From the NCBI RefSeq assembly GCF_026210795.1, contig NC_089429.1, positions 5,766,001 to 5,830,000 on the forward strand: a DNA stretch of 64,000 nt. The letters run 5' to 3'. The number at the start of each line of letters is the position of its first letter. The first letter of the stretch is position 1. This document shows positions 14,097-25,837 of the stretch, in pieces. This DNA is from Rhizophagus irregularis. Its lineage: Eukaryota. Below the pieces are notes generated by a model, which saw nothing but the letters and a program-made list of their open reading frames with translations, was not told the origin of the DNA and searched no databases. The position numbers were made by a program, and so were the translations under genes.

Positions 14097-16579
14097 AGTT
14101 TCTGTTTAAATATTTTACTTCTATTTTTCTTTCATTTATACTTTATAAATTTTTATAATATATAGTATATATAGGTAGATTTATTGGATTTTATATTTAA
14201 GAATATTCTATATAAATAAAAGATTTTAAATATAAAACTATAATACAGTAAGTATACTTACAACTGTAAATATTCCGCTCAATGTATCTTTGCTCAATGA
14301 TAATTGTACAAATTCTTAGTGAAATTTCATTTGATTATATCATTTTATGCGTAATAAATGGTTTTGGTTAATACTTAAGGTAGTTTGATCAGGTCAACTA
14401 TAATTCATTTTTTTTGAAATGCGATTAATCAAATGATATTCTATCAAATTATATAAACGTTAATAAGCAAACATGTTATTTTTTTTTTCACTCTTTGATT
14501 TCCGCAATTACCTAATTGATTTTTATTTCGTAATATAAATCCTAATATTTCACAATAAATTAAATAATTTACATTTATTTTATCAATGATTATTAAATAT
14601 CAACTACCTCAATTCAAATCATTCCACCACATTTTGCTTTTGCATTAAACATATTAAGATAGATATCTAACTTTATTTTATTCATTCTCCTAAAAAAAAA
14701 ATTTTTTTTTTTTGAACGATAGCCCTTTAGAAAATGGATATTCTTTAATCTGTAAATAACAACAAATAATATTATTTATGTATTAATACCATAATCATCA
14801 TTATTAGTGAATAATTCTTTATCAGAGGAAAAGTATTATATATGTACAGTATATAAATATGTACAGTATATATAACAGCTAAATTCGGTGGATATGAAAA
14901 TTAAGAACATTGCATTTGATTATTTTGGATACTGATTGCGATAGGAATTTTTGATATTATAAACATTATATATTAAAACAATCATTTTGTTATCTTTAAG
15001 ATTTTGTTCACACAATTATTACAGTCACTCATATTTAATAGTAAGTGATCGTTTTTTTAACATTTGTAGTCGTATAATAATTGTGTTATTTGACGCATAC
15101 TTCAAATTATAATATAGCAGAAAGTGGATGAAATTAATTTATATATTTTAAGTAAAACTATAGTATTTCAAAGAAAAACTAATTTTAATCAATAAATTGA
15201 TCGATCGATGTTAGTAAATTCAGAATATTAAACCTAATGCTGGCCGAAATTAATCATAGTGCGGGCAAAGTTTACTACTCGTAATACAAATTTTTCCGAA
15301 TCCTATGATTAAGAACATATATTTTAGATAAAGCAAGATCAATTCATAGAACGATCCTTTATACTTTGATTTATAGTAATTATTTATTATATGGCGAAAT
15401 AAAATGATCCGTATTAATTAACTAAACGTCCTGTATCCCCGAAAAACTTTTATTAAATTAACCAATTTCGGCTGCTTTAAAATAAAAGGCTAAAAAATAT
15501 TTATTTTAGTTTGTATTAATGGTTTTTATATTTTATATTATTTTTTTTATTCTTATTATATCCATATTTTGATGGATAGAAGTTTGTTCTTAAAGCTTTT
15601 CATGATTTATTTTTTGTAATTACAATCAGAACTTGATGTAATGTCTATGCAATACAATGGATTTCACGATAATGTCAACCTTACTTATTAAAAGAAATCT
15701 TTTGAAAATATAAATGTAGCGGATCTTTGTAGATAAAATCAATACAATCATAATCTTGTACTGATTTCTTGCAACCAGGAAGGAAGATTAAATACAGCAA
15801 GATCACCAGCGTAAATATACTTTAAAATAATGCTGAACCGCCGTTCTGATCAAAAGACTGGGTTTAAACTCTAGTTTTATCTGGGATAAAATTTGGAATA
15901 AACTTGTATTGATCCATTTCCCCCAGTTTTCCCCATATTTAACCCTGGTATTAATCCCTGTAAAAATAAAAATAAATACTGGATGAAAATTTCAAGATAA
16001 TCAGTTTTCAAAACGCAAAACGCTTTTTTCAAACCTTGGTATGATATTGTGTCATCTATAAAGTGATAAGTATATAGAAAATAAGGGTTTATGTTGGTTA
16101 TTCGTAGTAAACTTATGGTTTTGTAAGTAAAGAAGAGGGATATCACAGAAGTAAGCGTAATAAGTGGCGTGACGAGTTTTTAATGTGGTTAATTGCCGAT
16201 TCGGATATGATCAGCAGAAATTTGATATAAGAATTTGGGGTAAAATTTCGCCGATCACTTATTGAACACTTCAATATGGCACAAAACGCTTAAATAGTAA
16301 GTTTACACAAACTATTTTTGTGCACACAAAAATCATACGATCTAATGCAAAAAAGGCCAGAGAATTCGAATAAGCCTTCGTAAAACAGTCTTTAGTTGTA
16401 TTTTTAACGACTTTACTATGTACGAACGCTGGATTCCAAGAAAATTATGAAAATTATAAAATATGCATTTAGCAATTTTCCATAATAAAGTAATATAAAT
16501 TTTGTTTATTTGAAAGGTTTAGACTCCTCAAAAAGTTACGACACCACAGTTTTTTTGTCAACATTGAGTTCTATTTTTC

Positions 16580-17210
16580 TTAGATTTAAGGATTTCGTGG
16601 TAAGTTTTTTGGTGATTACGATTTTTTTTTTCTTTTTATTGATTTTATTTTTCATCATTAGAAACAGTTTATGTATTCGGAAGTCGGAAATATTTCTATT
16701 TAGTTGATTTATTTCATTGTAAATTTTTTTGTGGATCAATATTTAGAAACAGTTCGTCCTCGCGTTGTTTCTCTTTCTTTATGGATCCAAAGTAGAATTT
16801 GTTGATTTATCCTTGGATTTTGTGGTAAATATTATTCTAAGGTTCGAAGATGGGAAGGGTTTTCCTTTTTATTCTAGATTTTTTTTTATTTTGTCTCTTT
16901 TTATTGATTTTTTTATTTATCTTTTAGTAACAGTTCATCGCTCTCGTCTTTCTTATGAGTTGGAGAGGAAATTGATCTTTTTTGTCCTAGGATTTCACGG
17001 TAATTTTTATGAGATTCGGAAGTGGGATCTTTTTTTCTGGGTGTTGTTTCGATTTGTTTCTTTTTTTGATTTTTTTTTTATCTTTTAGGAACGATTTGCC
17101 TGGAATCCTTTAATTTCGGTGATTTTTTTAGAGGTTCTGAAGTGATCTTTTTTCTGATTTTATTTTTATTTTTTTTTATTGATTTTATTCTTTATCTTTT
17201 AGTCCTTTTG
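16580..17210 (+). repeat. Degenerate tandem array of intron-like/mini-exon units
   Basis: Recurring TATTGATTTT...ATCTTTTAG followed by (G/A/T)AAC; GATTTCRYG/GTAA donors at ~16603 and ~16992; TTCGGAAGT repeated; no credible ORF. Confidence 0.6.
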
Positions 17211-17427
17211 AATTTGTTGTGCAATTTGAGAATATTTCGCAATCTTATTTTTTTTTAAATTTAGATTATTGATTTAGGTTCGATTAGATTAGAATTTTTT
17301 TTTTTAGCTATAGATTTATTATTATTATTTTCTTTCCACAATCATATATTGGATCGTGATACAAATTATATAGTAAATAAAACAAAAACAAAATTATCTA
17401 ATTTTATTTGCATAATTGAATACAAAC

Positions 17428-20400
17428 TTATTGCTCAGATGACTCCGCTTCCTCAAGAAGCCTTAGTGCCATGGTTTTCTTGAATGATCGTGACGTGCTT
17501 GTTATCCAATTCGCAATTGTGGAAACTTTTGGTACGTCATCTTTGGAAATTTCGTTATCAGTCACTCTTTTCAAAAGCTCCTCGTGCATTTCATTAGCAT
17601 TCATTTTGAGCCTAGGATTAGCAGTACCAGAGTGAAACATTATAGTAAGCAATCCCTTGACATGTTCTGTGATTCGTTTAGTTGGTACTTTTTGATTCAC
17701 TTTTAAATTTTCAGATAGTGCCCATCCACAACCAAATACAATGGCACTACAAACAAAAAATATGAATATATTCACGATAATTCAAATAACACTGACGATA
17801 TAGAGGAGTACAACATACCTTTTTGATATTGGATCAATATCCATATCTTCGATTTGTTCTTCTTCAACCTGTTTAGTGTTTACAACTCTTTTATCAGGTA
17901 TCCTGACGAAAAATAAACATTGATATGTTTCGTTTTACTTACTTCCTGAATTTCTTGATCTCCTTGGGTATTTTCTGAAAAGCATGATGTTTGTCAATAC
18001 AAATTAATTATGGAACAATTTTGTTGAAAAAATTACCTTTTCTTGATGTCAATGGTACAGTCCATGATTTTGAAGGTTGTGTATGTGTTGTATAGATCGG
18101 AGTTGGTTTTCCAAAGGTGCGTGATTTTGTAATTTTATCAATTTGACAGTGGGAAATTTTATTCCAATTACCAAATTCTGGCAGCGCACGGGTACATATA
18201 TATCCAGTGTTCTCTCCTGTTTCAGGCCAAGTAAACTCATGCCAATTTGATATACCATTTATCGTTCCTAATTTTCCTTTTTCTATTCAAAATATATTAT
18301 CATTCATTTTCTCAACAAAAAAAAAACGAAACTAAATATTTACCTTTATCACGATCTGGTTCAAGATGAGATACATGAGTACCTGAAAGGTCTTTGATGG
18401 CATTTTCAATGTCTTCTCCTTCTTCTATTTCATGTCCTATTTTTACCCATCTTTTTATTGCGTGAGAAATCTAAAACAAATAATAATATGTATCAATTAC
18501 TAATAATACAAAAAAATCAGGTATTTGTTCATACCTGAGCATGGTGAGAGTCTATTGCGGTTTTTGCTTCACCTGCTTCCAAAAATAACCATCTACGAGG
18601 ACTTATATCATACCATTCCTTCCAATGGCCTATAATAATCATTAATTCTGTATTACGGTAATGTCCTCCATTGTCTGAAATAATAGTAACCCATTTTGGT
18701 TTTCGCTCCAAAGTTTCTATTACTGAATGTAATGAGGACGCCGTAAACCACCCATCCTGCCGAGTATCTCCAGACCAATGGTCAAAAGCTTGCACTTCCA
18801 GGTTATTATTTTCAAGATTTTTCGTATACACAAGAACAGAATGAAGCGTCCATCCTCTTTTTCCGAACCATTCATTTTTTGTTTCACGAGCTTTTTTGGG
18901 AAGAATTTTCATCTTATAATCTACAATTATTAAAGCTCCATCTGAATCAAGTTGAGAGAATTGAGCATTAAACTGTGCATTGAGGTAAGATTTGCGAGCA
19001 TGATGTGCCATAAAAATAATCAACCGATTTTGATAGGCTGGTAACTTTTCTTGTTGTTCTTGTTCAAGGCTATTTTGTAAAGTATCAAAGAATGATAAAA
19101 GGGATTCACAGTTGTCACAAGTATCTGGATGGTCCAAATAACATTCACCAAATGCATGGGGTAGGCAATGACTGATACATTTACTATGTTTCGCACAACC
19201 TGATGAATCAATATTCAATTCTTTTGCAAAATCTCTACGCAAATAACGTCTCAAAACTTGTGCTTGTATTTTTAATTCTTTCTATTAAAAATTTAAATTA
19301 GAAGTATAAATACTAAAATAATTTATTCATTAATTAATAGGTAAATATATACCCGTAATTGAATATCAGAAACATAATTGTCAATCAAATCTTCAATCTC
19401 CACAAAAACTTCGTATCCACATTCATTACAGGTTGAGCATAGGCCTCCCAAATCCTCTTTATATTGATATCGATTTCCCTGGAGACGTGTCATAAATGAA
19501 GTTCTTCGCATACCATTAGGGAATGATTCTGAAAACTTCTTCCATAACAATGCTTTAGTATCTTGAAGGTACAGTACAGGCAATCCAGTTTCACTATCGG
19601 TCTTATAACTACTCATATTTACATTTTCTTTGTTTGAAAAAAAAACTTCAAATTGAACTAATGATTCCTCTGATAATTTAACTCGTTGAACAATAGGTTT
19701 GAATAGTGGTGGAGCACCATAGCCAATAAATCGTGCATGTTTACGGGCTTCAAGAATGGTATGTGCACTGACCTAAATTTAAATATTTAATATCTGATAT
19801 TAGAATTTAAAATAAAGAATTAATTATTCATATAATTTGAAACTAATATCTTACTCCCAATTGTAATTCTAATTCAGCATATGTAAAATCATCAGCAATA
19901 ATTGATAATATACGTCGCTTGCCATCTGGAGTCTTATTATTTATCATCATTGCACGTATAAAGCAATCCCAAAAAATTAGAGTTTGGTTTGGAATATGTC
20001 GGGGCTTGGTCTGGAGAAATCCTGATTTATATAACATGTATAATAAATTCTCATCTTTTTTGTAATCAATTGACCGCGTCCAAAATTGCCACTTAGAGTG
20101 ATGATAGAATATTATTTTATTAGCTTATAATAAAAAAAATGGTGGTTATTTGCTATATCATAAATTTTCTTTGATGGGTCGGGTCATGAGAATCTAAATT
20201 TTTTTTTTGCCCGTAATTTTTTTTTTTTTTTTAAAAAAAAAAAATAATAATTGGTATAAATAATACTTCGAATATTTTTCTCTTTTTGGATACTACTATA
20301 ACATATAAGATTTTTTATTACTTCGTAACGAAAATTTGATAAATTCTATTTATACTTTCTTTACATGATATTTTGCCATATCTTTTTACTAAATTAAATT

Positions 20401-21533
20401 ATAATAATTACTATTGAAATATATTTCATACTAATAATTTTTAGTTACTCTATTTTCTACACATATTTTTACAAATTAAATTATACATAAAAATAAATTT
20501 TTACACATTACCATACCTCAGATTCATGAGATGACCAAGGCGTTATATTGTGACAACCTGCAGCACGTAATGTTGTTTTCCATGCTCTCAATTCTCGATC
20601 ACTAAACTCATACTCACTTGGATAAAGTTTCTCAAGACTAGACGTAAATTCAATTATTGGATTTTCACTCTTAGCCCAAGATTCAAAGAATTGATACCAT
20701 TTTACATTTGCAAGTGTTCGACGTTTAAGATTGTAATCAAATACAGATTTTAATAAAGGAAAATTGTGCCAATTATCTGGCGAGCATGTGGGTTTTGAAT
20801 TCTCTTGAATAAATTTTCTTGTAAAGGAATTTTCAAGGCCAAAAAGTTGGATTCCTTTATATTGTTTTATAAACTTTGAAATTTCCCATACTTCATTTGG
20901 AGAATTGGCTACAAACCGGTTTTTAATTTTGTAATCTTGATAAATTTCAAGTGTACAATCTTTATCTTCAATTGTAGATACAAATATTGCCGGTTTATCA
21001 TGATATTTATTGTTGAGTGAAGCTTTGTATCCTAACCCACCATTATTCCAATCTTCGCGTAATGAAGTGCCAATACTATAAACAAATATTAGATATTTTC
21101 CAAGAAGAAAAGAGAAAGGAAAAAAAGGAATATTTTGAGATAATTGTGAAATTATATCCTTATCATTCCATCCTATTACAAGTGGACCAGAAAAACGCGT
21201 TCGTTTTTGAAATATGCTAGCGTATAGATTCGAAACTGCAGCAGAAGAACTACTTTCTACACTGCTTGAAAAGACGCCTGAAGTACAAATAAACCCAGGA
21301 GCAAAAGAGTTTTCAGAATTTCCTAGTAAAATAGTGGTATAAAAGTCCATTTCATTTAGAACAGCTTTTGTGGTTTGACCAATACGAATCGGAAAATAAT
21401 TTGAGATTTCATTTTCTTTATTGTCACTATTTTTTTGCCACCAAAGACGCGAATATGGCCCATAGTGCAAGTCTAATAGTATAGAACCTACTACTAACAA
21501 GGTAACAACAATTTCACGAGCTTTAGGCGCCAT
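17428..21533 (-). CDS. Sola3-like DDD transposase, 9 exons (21533-20517, 20091-19855, 19772-19353, 19281-18535, 18470-18344, 18282-18037, 17974-17943, 17868-17819, 17746-17428), ~1064 aa
   Basis: Catalytic-type motifs IIVDYKMKILP..RE...WFGKRGWTLH, IISDNGGHY and EAGEAKTAIDSHH; Cys/His clusters CSTC and HSKCISHC..C..HPDTCDNC; helical C-terminal domain. Exons joined at GT-AG sites total 3195 nt with no internal stop. The small exons 7-8 are the least certain. Confidence 0.78.
20180..20213. repeat. Solo TIR relic related to the 45270-46577 element, inside transposase intron 1
   Basis: CGGGTCATGAGAATCTAAATTTTTTTTTTGCCCG versus CGGGTCACGAGAATCTAAAAATTAATTTTGCCCG at 46541-46574. Confidence 0.75.
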
Positions 21534-21994
21534 AAAAAAGAGACGACTTTGAGATTCAAAAACAATATATTTTTTATATGTTACTTATCCCCAATTTTTA
21601 TAGTAAATAGCTATATGTGTCACTGCAGATCTTATCCGGACTAGCAATTAATCAGATCTAAACACGAATATGCCAAAGAATCGCTGACTTACACGTATTG
21701 AGATATAAGAAAGCTATGTTTGATCCATTAGACACACGAAACAAAAGAAATAATTTTTTTATACGCATATAAAAATATAGATCCTTTATTTTTTTATTTT
21801 ATATTTTTACATTTTTTTTTTATATTTTTTTTAAATTTTTTTTTAATATATAAAAATGTTCTTATATATTACTCAAAAATTTATATAGATAAGATTTAAA
21901 ATATACTATAACAATAAAAAAGAATGTTTCTTTCGATTTACAAAAAAAAATACAGGTATAAGTCAAGAATTGGTAGTACGTCATCTTGAATAGG

Positions 21995-23443
21995 TTAATA
22001 ATTCCATAATTTACGAATAATCAAATTCTTAACAACACCTAATTTGGTATATGTTTCAATAATTTTCATATTTTCAACATTTTTATCTAAACTATTTTTA
22101 CAAAATTCACTATCAATGATCACGAAAGAAAGTGGTTTTTGTGGTATACGTTTTTTCCAATCTATAAAAAAGGACTCTAATTCACTTGGAAGTAATTCAA
22201 ATTTTAAGTCAAATTGGTATTGTAAAATTATTTCATAAATATTTTTTGAATATTTCAAAACCGTCTCCAATGCTTCCTTTTCGTTCAAAAATTTACCTCC
22301 GCACCAAAATTTAATACTTTCTAAGTATTGACAATTATTAAATAATATTTTTAACGTTTCCAAATCCTTATCACTAAATCCAGTAGAAAATTTTCTGATG
22401 TTTGGACAATATTTAGCGATAGTTAAATTCAAGGAATTAATACTTTCCTCACTATCACAATGATTAACATCTATGTGAATTTTTTTTAAATTTTTTCCGT
22501 TATTTTTTAAAAATTTTACTAAAAACTCCAATCTTGGACATGAACATTTAATTATTAAAATTTGTAATTGTGGGAAAATAGCATCTTGTAACTTTTCAAA
22601 ACTCTCAATACATTCACTAAAATCAAATGATATTTCAAGTTCTTGTAAATTAATAAAATTTACTAGAAATGATAATGAAATATTATAATTCCCTCCAACA
22701 ACAATAAATCTGGTTAAAGTTTTAGGAAGTTCCATCGTTAACAATGGAATTGAATTGATTTCATCTTTCGGTCCATCATGTATCATCATACTAAAACATT
22801 TTAAATTTTTCTGAATGGTAATTAAATCAACTAATTCCTTTGGAACATGACAAATAATTATTACATCTAAAAGGAATAAATTGTGACATGTTTGAGTCAA
22901 ATTAATAAGTAGTTCAGGAGAAATATTTGAAATACATTTTAATTCTGTAAGATTTTTTAAGAAATTTCTTGGACTAGGATAAATATCATAAATTACATCA
23001 GAATATTGAACGTATTCTAAAACTTTTAAAGAGGTATGATTCATATACATTTTACATATTTCTTGTACAATTATTTGTGTATAATTGATAAGATCTTCAA
23101 GTAAAAGGTTATTTTGATTTTCAAGAAGGTGAAAAATTTTTTCATGAACTTTACTAATTGATAAAACTTTACAAAATATTGCATAATTGAAAATTGGATG
23201 TGACTCATGTGAGGTAGAAATAATAATTCCATTTTCTTTTAAAATTTTTTTAGACTCATCCGGAAGACAATTAATTAAAGTTCTATAATCTGAAGTACTA
23301 TAATTATTACAATCTCTCCATAAAATTCCCACGGTAACTTTACACCAAAGTCGATTAACTGATAAACATGAATGTAAACTATATTTATCATCATTTAAAT
23401 ATTCAATAACTTCGTCAAGACAATCAGCGAGGAGTTGAGGCAT
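21995..23443 (-). CDS. F-box-like / leucine-rich-repeat (RNI-like) protein, single exon, 482 aa
   Basis: N-terminal LLADCLDEVIEYL...SLHSCLSVNRLWCKVTVGILW F-box-like motif, then LxxLxI repeats (NLTELKC, NLQELEI, QLQILII, YLESIKF). Confidence 0.85.
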   Translation of the reverse strand: MPQLLADCLDEVIEYLNDDKYSLHSCLSVNRLWCKVTVGILWRDCNNYSTSDYRTLINCLPDESKKILKENGIIISTSHESHPIFNYAIFCKVLSISKVHEKIFHLLENQNNLLLEDLINYTQIIVQEICKMYMNHTSLKVLEYVQYSDVIYDIYPSPRNFLKNLTELKCISNISPELLINLTQTCHNLFLLDVIIICHVPKELVDLITIQKNLKCFSMMIHDGPKDEINSIPLLTMELPKTLTRFIVVGGNYNISLSFLVNFINLQELEISFDFSECIESFEKLQDAIFPQLQILIIKCSCPRLEFLVKFLKNNGKNLKKIHIDVNHCDSEESINSLNLTIAKYCPNIRKFSTGFSDKDLETLKILFNNCQYLESIKFWCGGKFLNEKEALETVLKYSKNIYEIILQYQFDLKFELLPSELESFFIDWKKRIPQKPLSFVIIDSEFCKNSLDKNVENMKIIETYTKLGVVKNLIIRKLWNY

Positions 23444-24308
23444 TTTGTTAATATTATTGAAAAATTTAGGTTTAATTTTAAAAAATGAAAAGGTAAGAGT
23501 TTTGGAGTTTTTTTTTTCCTAAAAAAAAAAGTAAACCATTTGCTTTTACGTTCAATACTGTATTACAAACAAAAAAATCATATGGATCTTATTATTACTA
23601 TTTGTGGTTACTTTATCATATCATGTGAAAAAAGTAAAGATCTTAAACTAATTAAGTTACTAATCAAGATTATTGTTGTGCCAATCAGAATTATGGACAT
23701 TTTTGTATCACATTGCGACTTGCATAGGATCTGGATATCGAATCTGAGAAAAGAAAGGTAGAATAGTTAGAGGTTTTCACTAATTTGATGGAAACATTGA
23801 TGATTTGTACGTCTTTAAAAGTCTTGATTCTTGAAGCTACACTTTAATTATTTCAAGTTGTAATTACAATTTCTTATAAAAATATCAAATATATATATCA
23901 TAGTCGGTTAATATTTTTTTGTACATCTCCGCTCAAATTGCGAGGATGTAACACAATCTAACATAAAAATCATGTATACAGATTAATTTTATTTCTTACT
24001 TATGTGAAAATCTGACAGACATCAATAAGTTTTTTAAAGAATCAATTTTTACTTTATAAAAAAATGCATGATTAATTACATAGAGGAATATATTAATTGT
24101 GGAATTTAATTGATTTTTTGGAATCTTCTGTCTAATCCTTATTTTAGGCACATATTATATAATGTCAAATAACACAGATAATGAAAAGAAATTAGCAAAA
24201 TAGCACGTAGAACAACGCCAACAGAAAGGCGCTAGCTTACTACTAATTGATAAGAGATAGATAAGTAAATCGATTCTATATCCTTGGTCAAAATGAGATC
24301 TTTATAAC

Positions 24309-24560
24309 GGATTTGGTATGAAATCCCAAAGCTCATAATCCCGATGATTCAATATATCCCAACACCCAATCCTGAAAAATCAAAATACCAAAATATTATA
24401 TAATCCTAAAACTAAAAATACCGACAGGGTCATATCCAGAATTTCATAATCCCAAAAAATCATAATCCCGAAATGTCAATTCCTTGGCACTTCATAATCA
24501 GAATTACAAAATCCCGAAAAGAATATTGTTATCATCAACTTTAGGATTTTAATTAAATCT
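24309..24560. repeat. Array of AATCCC(G/A)A motifs; MULE-type terminal/subterminal repeat relic
   Basis: About ten degenerate copies (aaatcccaaa, aatcccga, aatcctgaa, aatcccgaaa) and one inverted copy near 24540. Confidence 0.5.
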
Positions 24561-25506
24561 TCATTCTTCAAAAATTTTACGCGAATGGTGAGTATAATTT
24601 TCTAATGGTCTAAATTCTTAGGAAGTCCTAGTAAATGATTTTTTTTGCATTAAAAAGTGAATAAAAAATGATGTTTAAAATAGGATCATTTTATAGAGTC
24701 GCTCACCAAATATATATAGTATCAATAATGTCATCCAGAATTCCAGATATACCTAAAAAAATGGATAGTATGTATGATTGTCTTATACTCTTAAATATTT
24801 AGTGACTTTAGTCTCCAATTATACAACCATAATAATTTTTTTTTTCCAACTTATTAAGAGATGATCTCTAAATTTTTTTTTAAAAAAAGTTTTATTGAGT
24901 AGAGAAATTGACTAAAACATGGTTAACCTTTAATTTTTATAAGCTCATTATGTTACTAAAAAGGCAATAAATTTTGCCTGAAAAATATGTTACTATATTA
25001 TAATATTGAAATTATTATGCTTATAAAACTTTACAATCAAAATTGAATTTTTGAGTTATCCTTTACATTCGAAACTTCAAATTTGGCTCATTAAACATCA
25101 ATTGCCAATAAAAAAAAAAGTATCCTAAGTAATAACTAAAATAAATAATATATTAAAAAAAAAAGAATGAAAGAAAGTTAATCCATTATTAAATATTTAA
25201 TATTTTTTTATTGCCATTGAAATTTATTGATAACAGACAATCGTCATCACAAATATGGCAATTGAAATTTTATTTTACTATGAATTTAAATGTGTTTCCA
25301 TCTTTTTGAATTCTATGATGATTTTGATAAAATTGGTTTTTTCCAAAAACATCAAAATTAAATTTAATTCTATTCTACAAAAGCTTAACCTTAACGTCAT
25401 TTGTACCTTTGTAGTTTTTGCATCATATATGTACAATAAATAAAAGATCCAAGTTGCCGGTAATCTTGGATTATTTTGTTTATATTGTATGATCAGATGA
25501 TCATTT

Positions 25507-25727
25507 TGTTTAACAATATCTTCCCTGAATTTTCACCCCACGTGACCTGCATAAAATGTCACCCCGTGTCACACCCCACCGTTTTCATTTTTTTCATAAG
25601 TATTCTGGGACTTAAAAATTTTGTGGTGAAAAAAGTTTTTTTCACGCCCCCTTAAACATCACCGGTTACGTGTGGGTGAAATTTTACTTAGAAATCTTGG
25701 GGCGATACTGGGTAAATGTTTAACAAT
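25507..25727. mobile_element. ~200-bp MITE-like insert upstream of the second kinase
   Basis: Internal inverted repeat TTTCACCCCACGTGACC / GGTTACGTGTGGGTGAAA; flanked by the direct repeat TGTTTAACAAT at 25507-25517 and 25717-25727. Confidence 0.55.
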
Positions 25728-25837
25728 GCAGGACTGACAGGTAGACAATATTATAATTTTGGTGGTTGCACAACTTATTTGTTTAACCGTCTATGGAAAC
25801 TTTTTTTTTTTTGTTAAATAGTCTTTTCTTTTACAAA

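Larger units (their letters stand above)
16140..21710 (-). mobile_element. Putative Sola3-like DNA transposon (approximate limits)
   Basis: Contains a DDD transposase gene. 16187-16217 matches the reverse complement of 21623-21653 at 24/31 positions, with weaker similarity on both sides. Exact termini and TSD not resolved. Confidence 0.5.

Noticed and set aside
15620..16146. Possible small spliced minus-strand gene
   Set aside because: Splice-like sites exist but no convincing open product or motif.
16510..17088. Phe- or Lys-rich short ORFs
   Set aside because: Artefacts of the T-rich repeat array.
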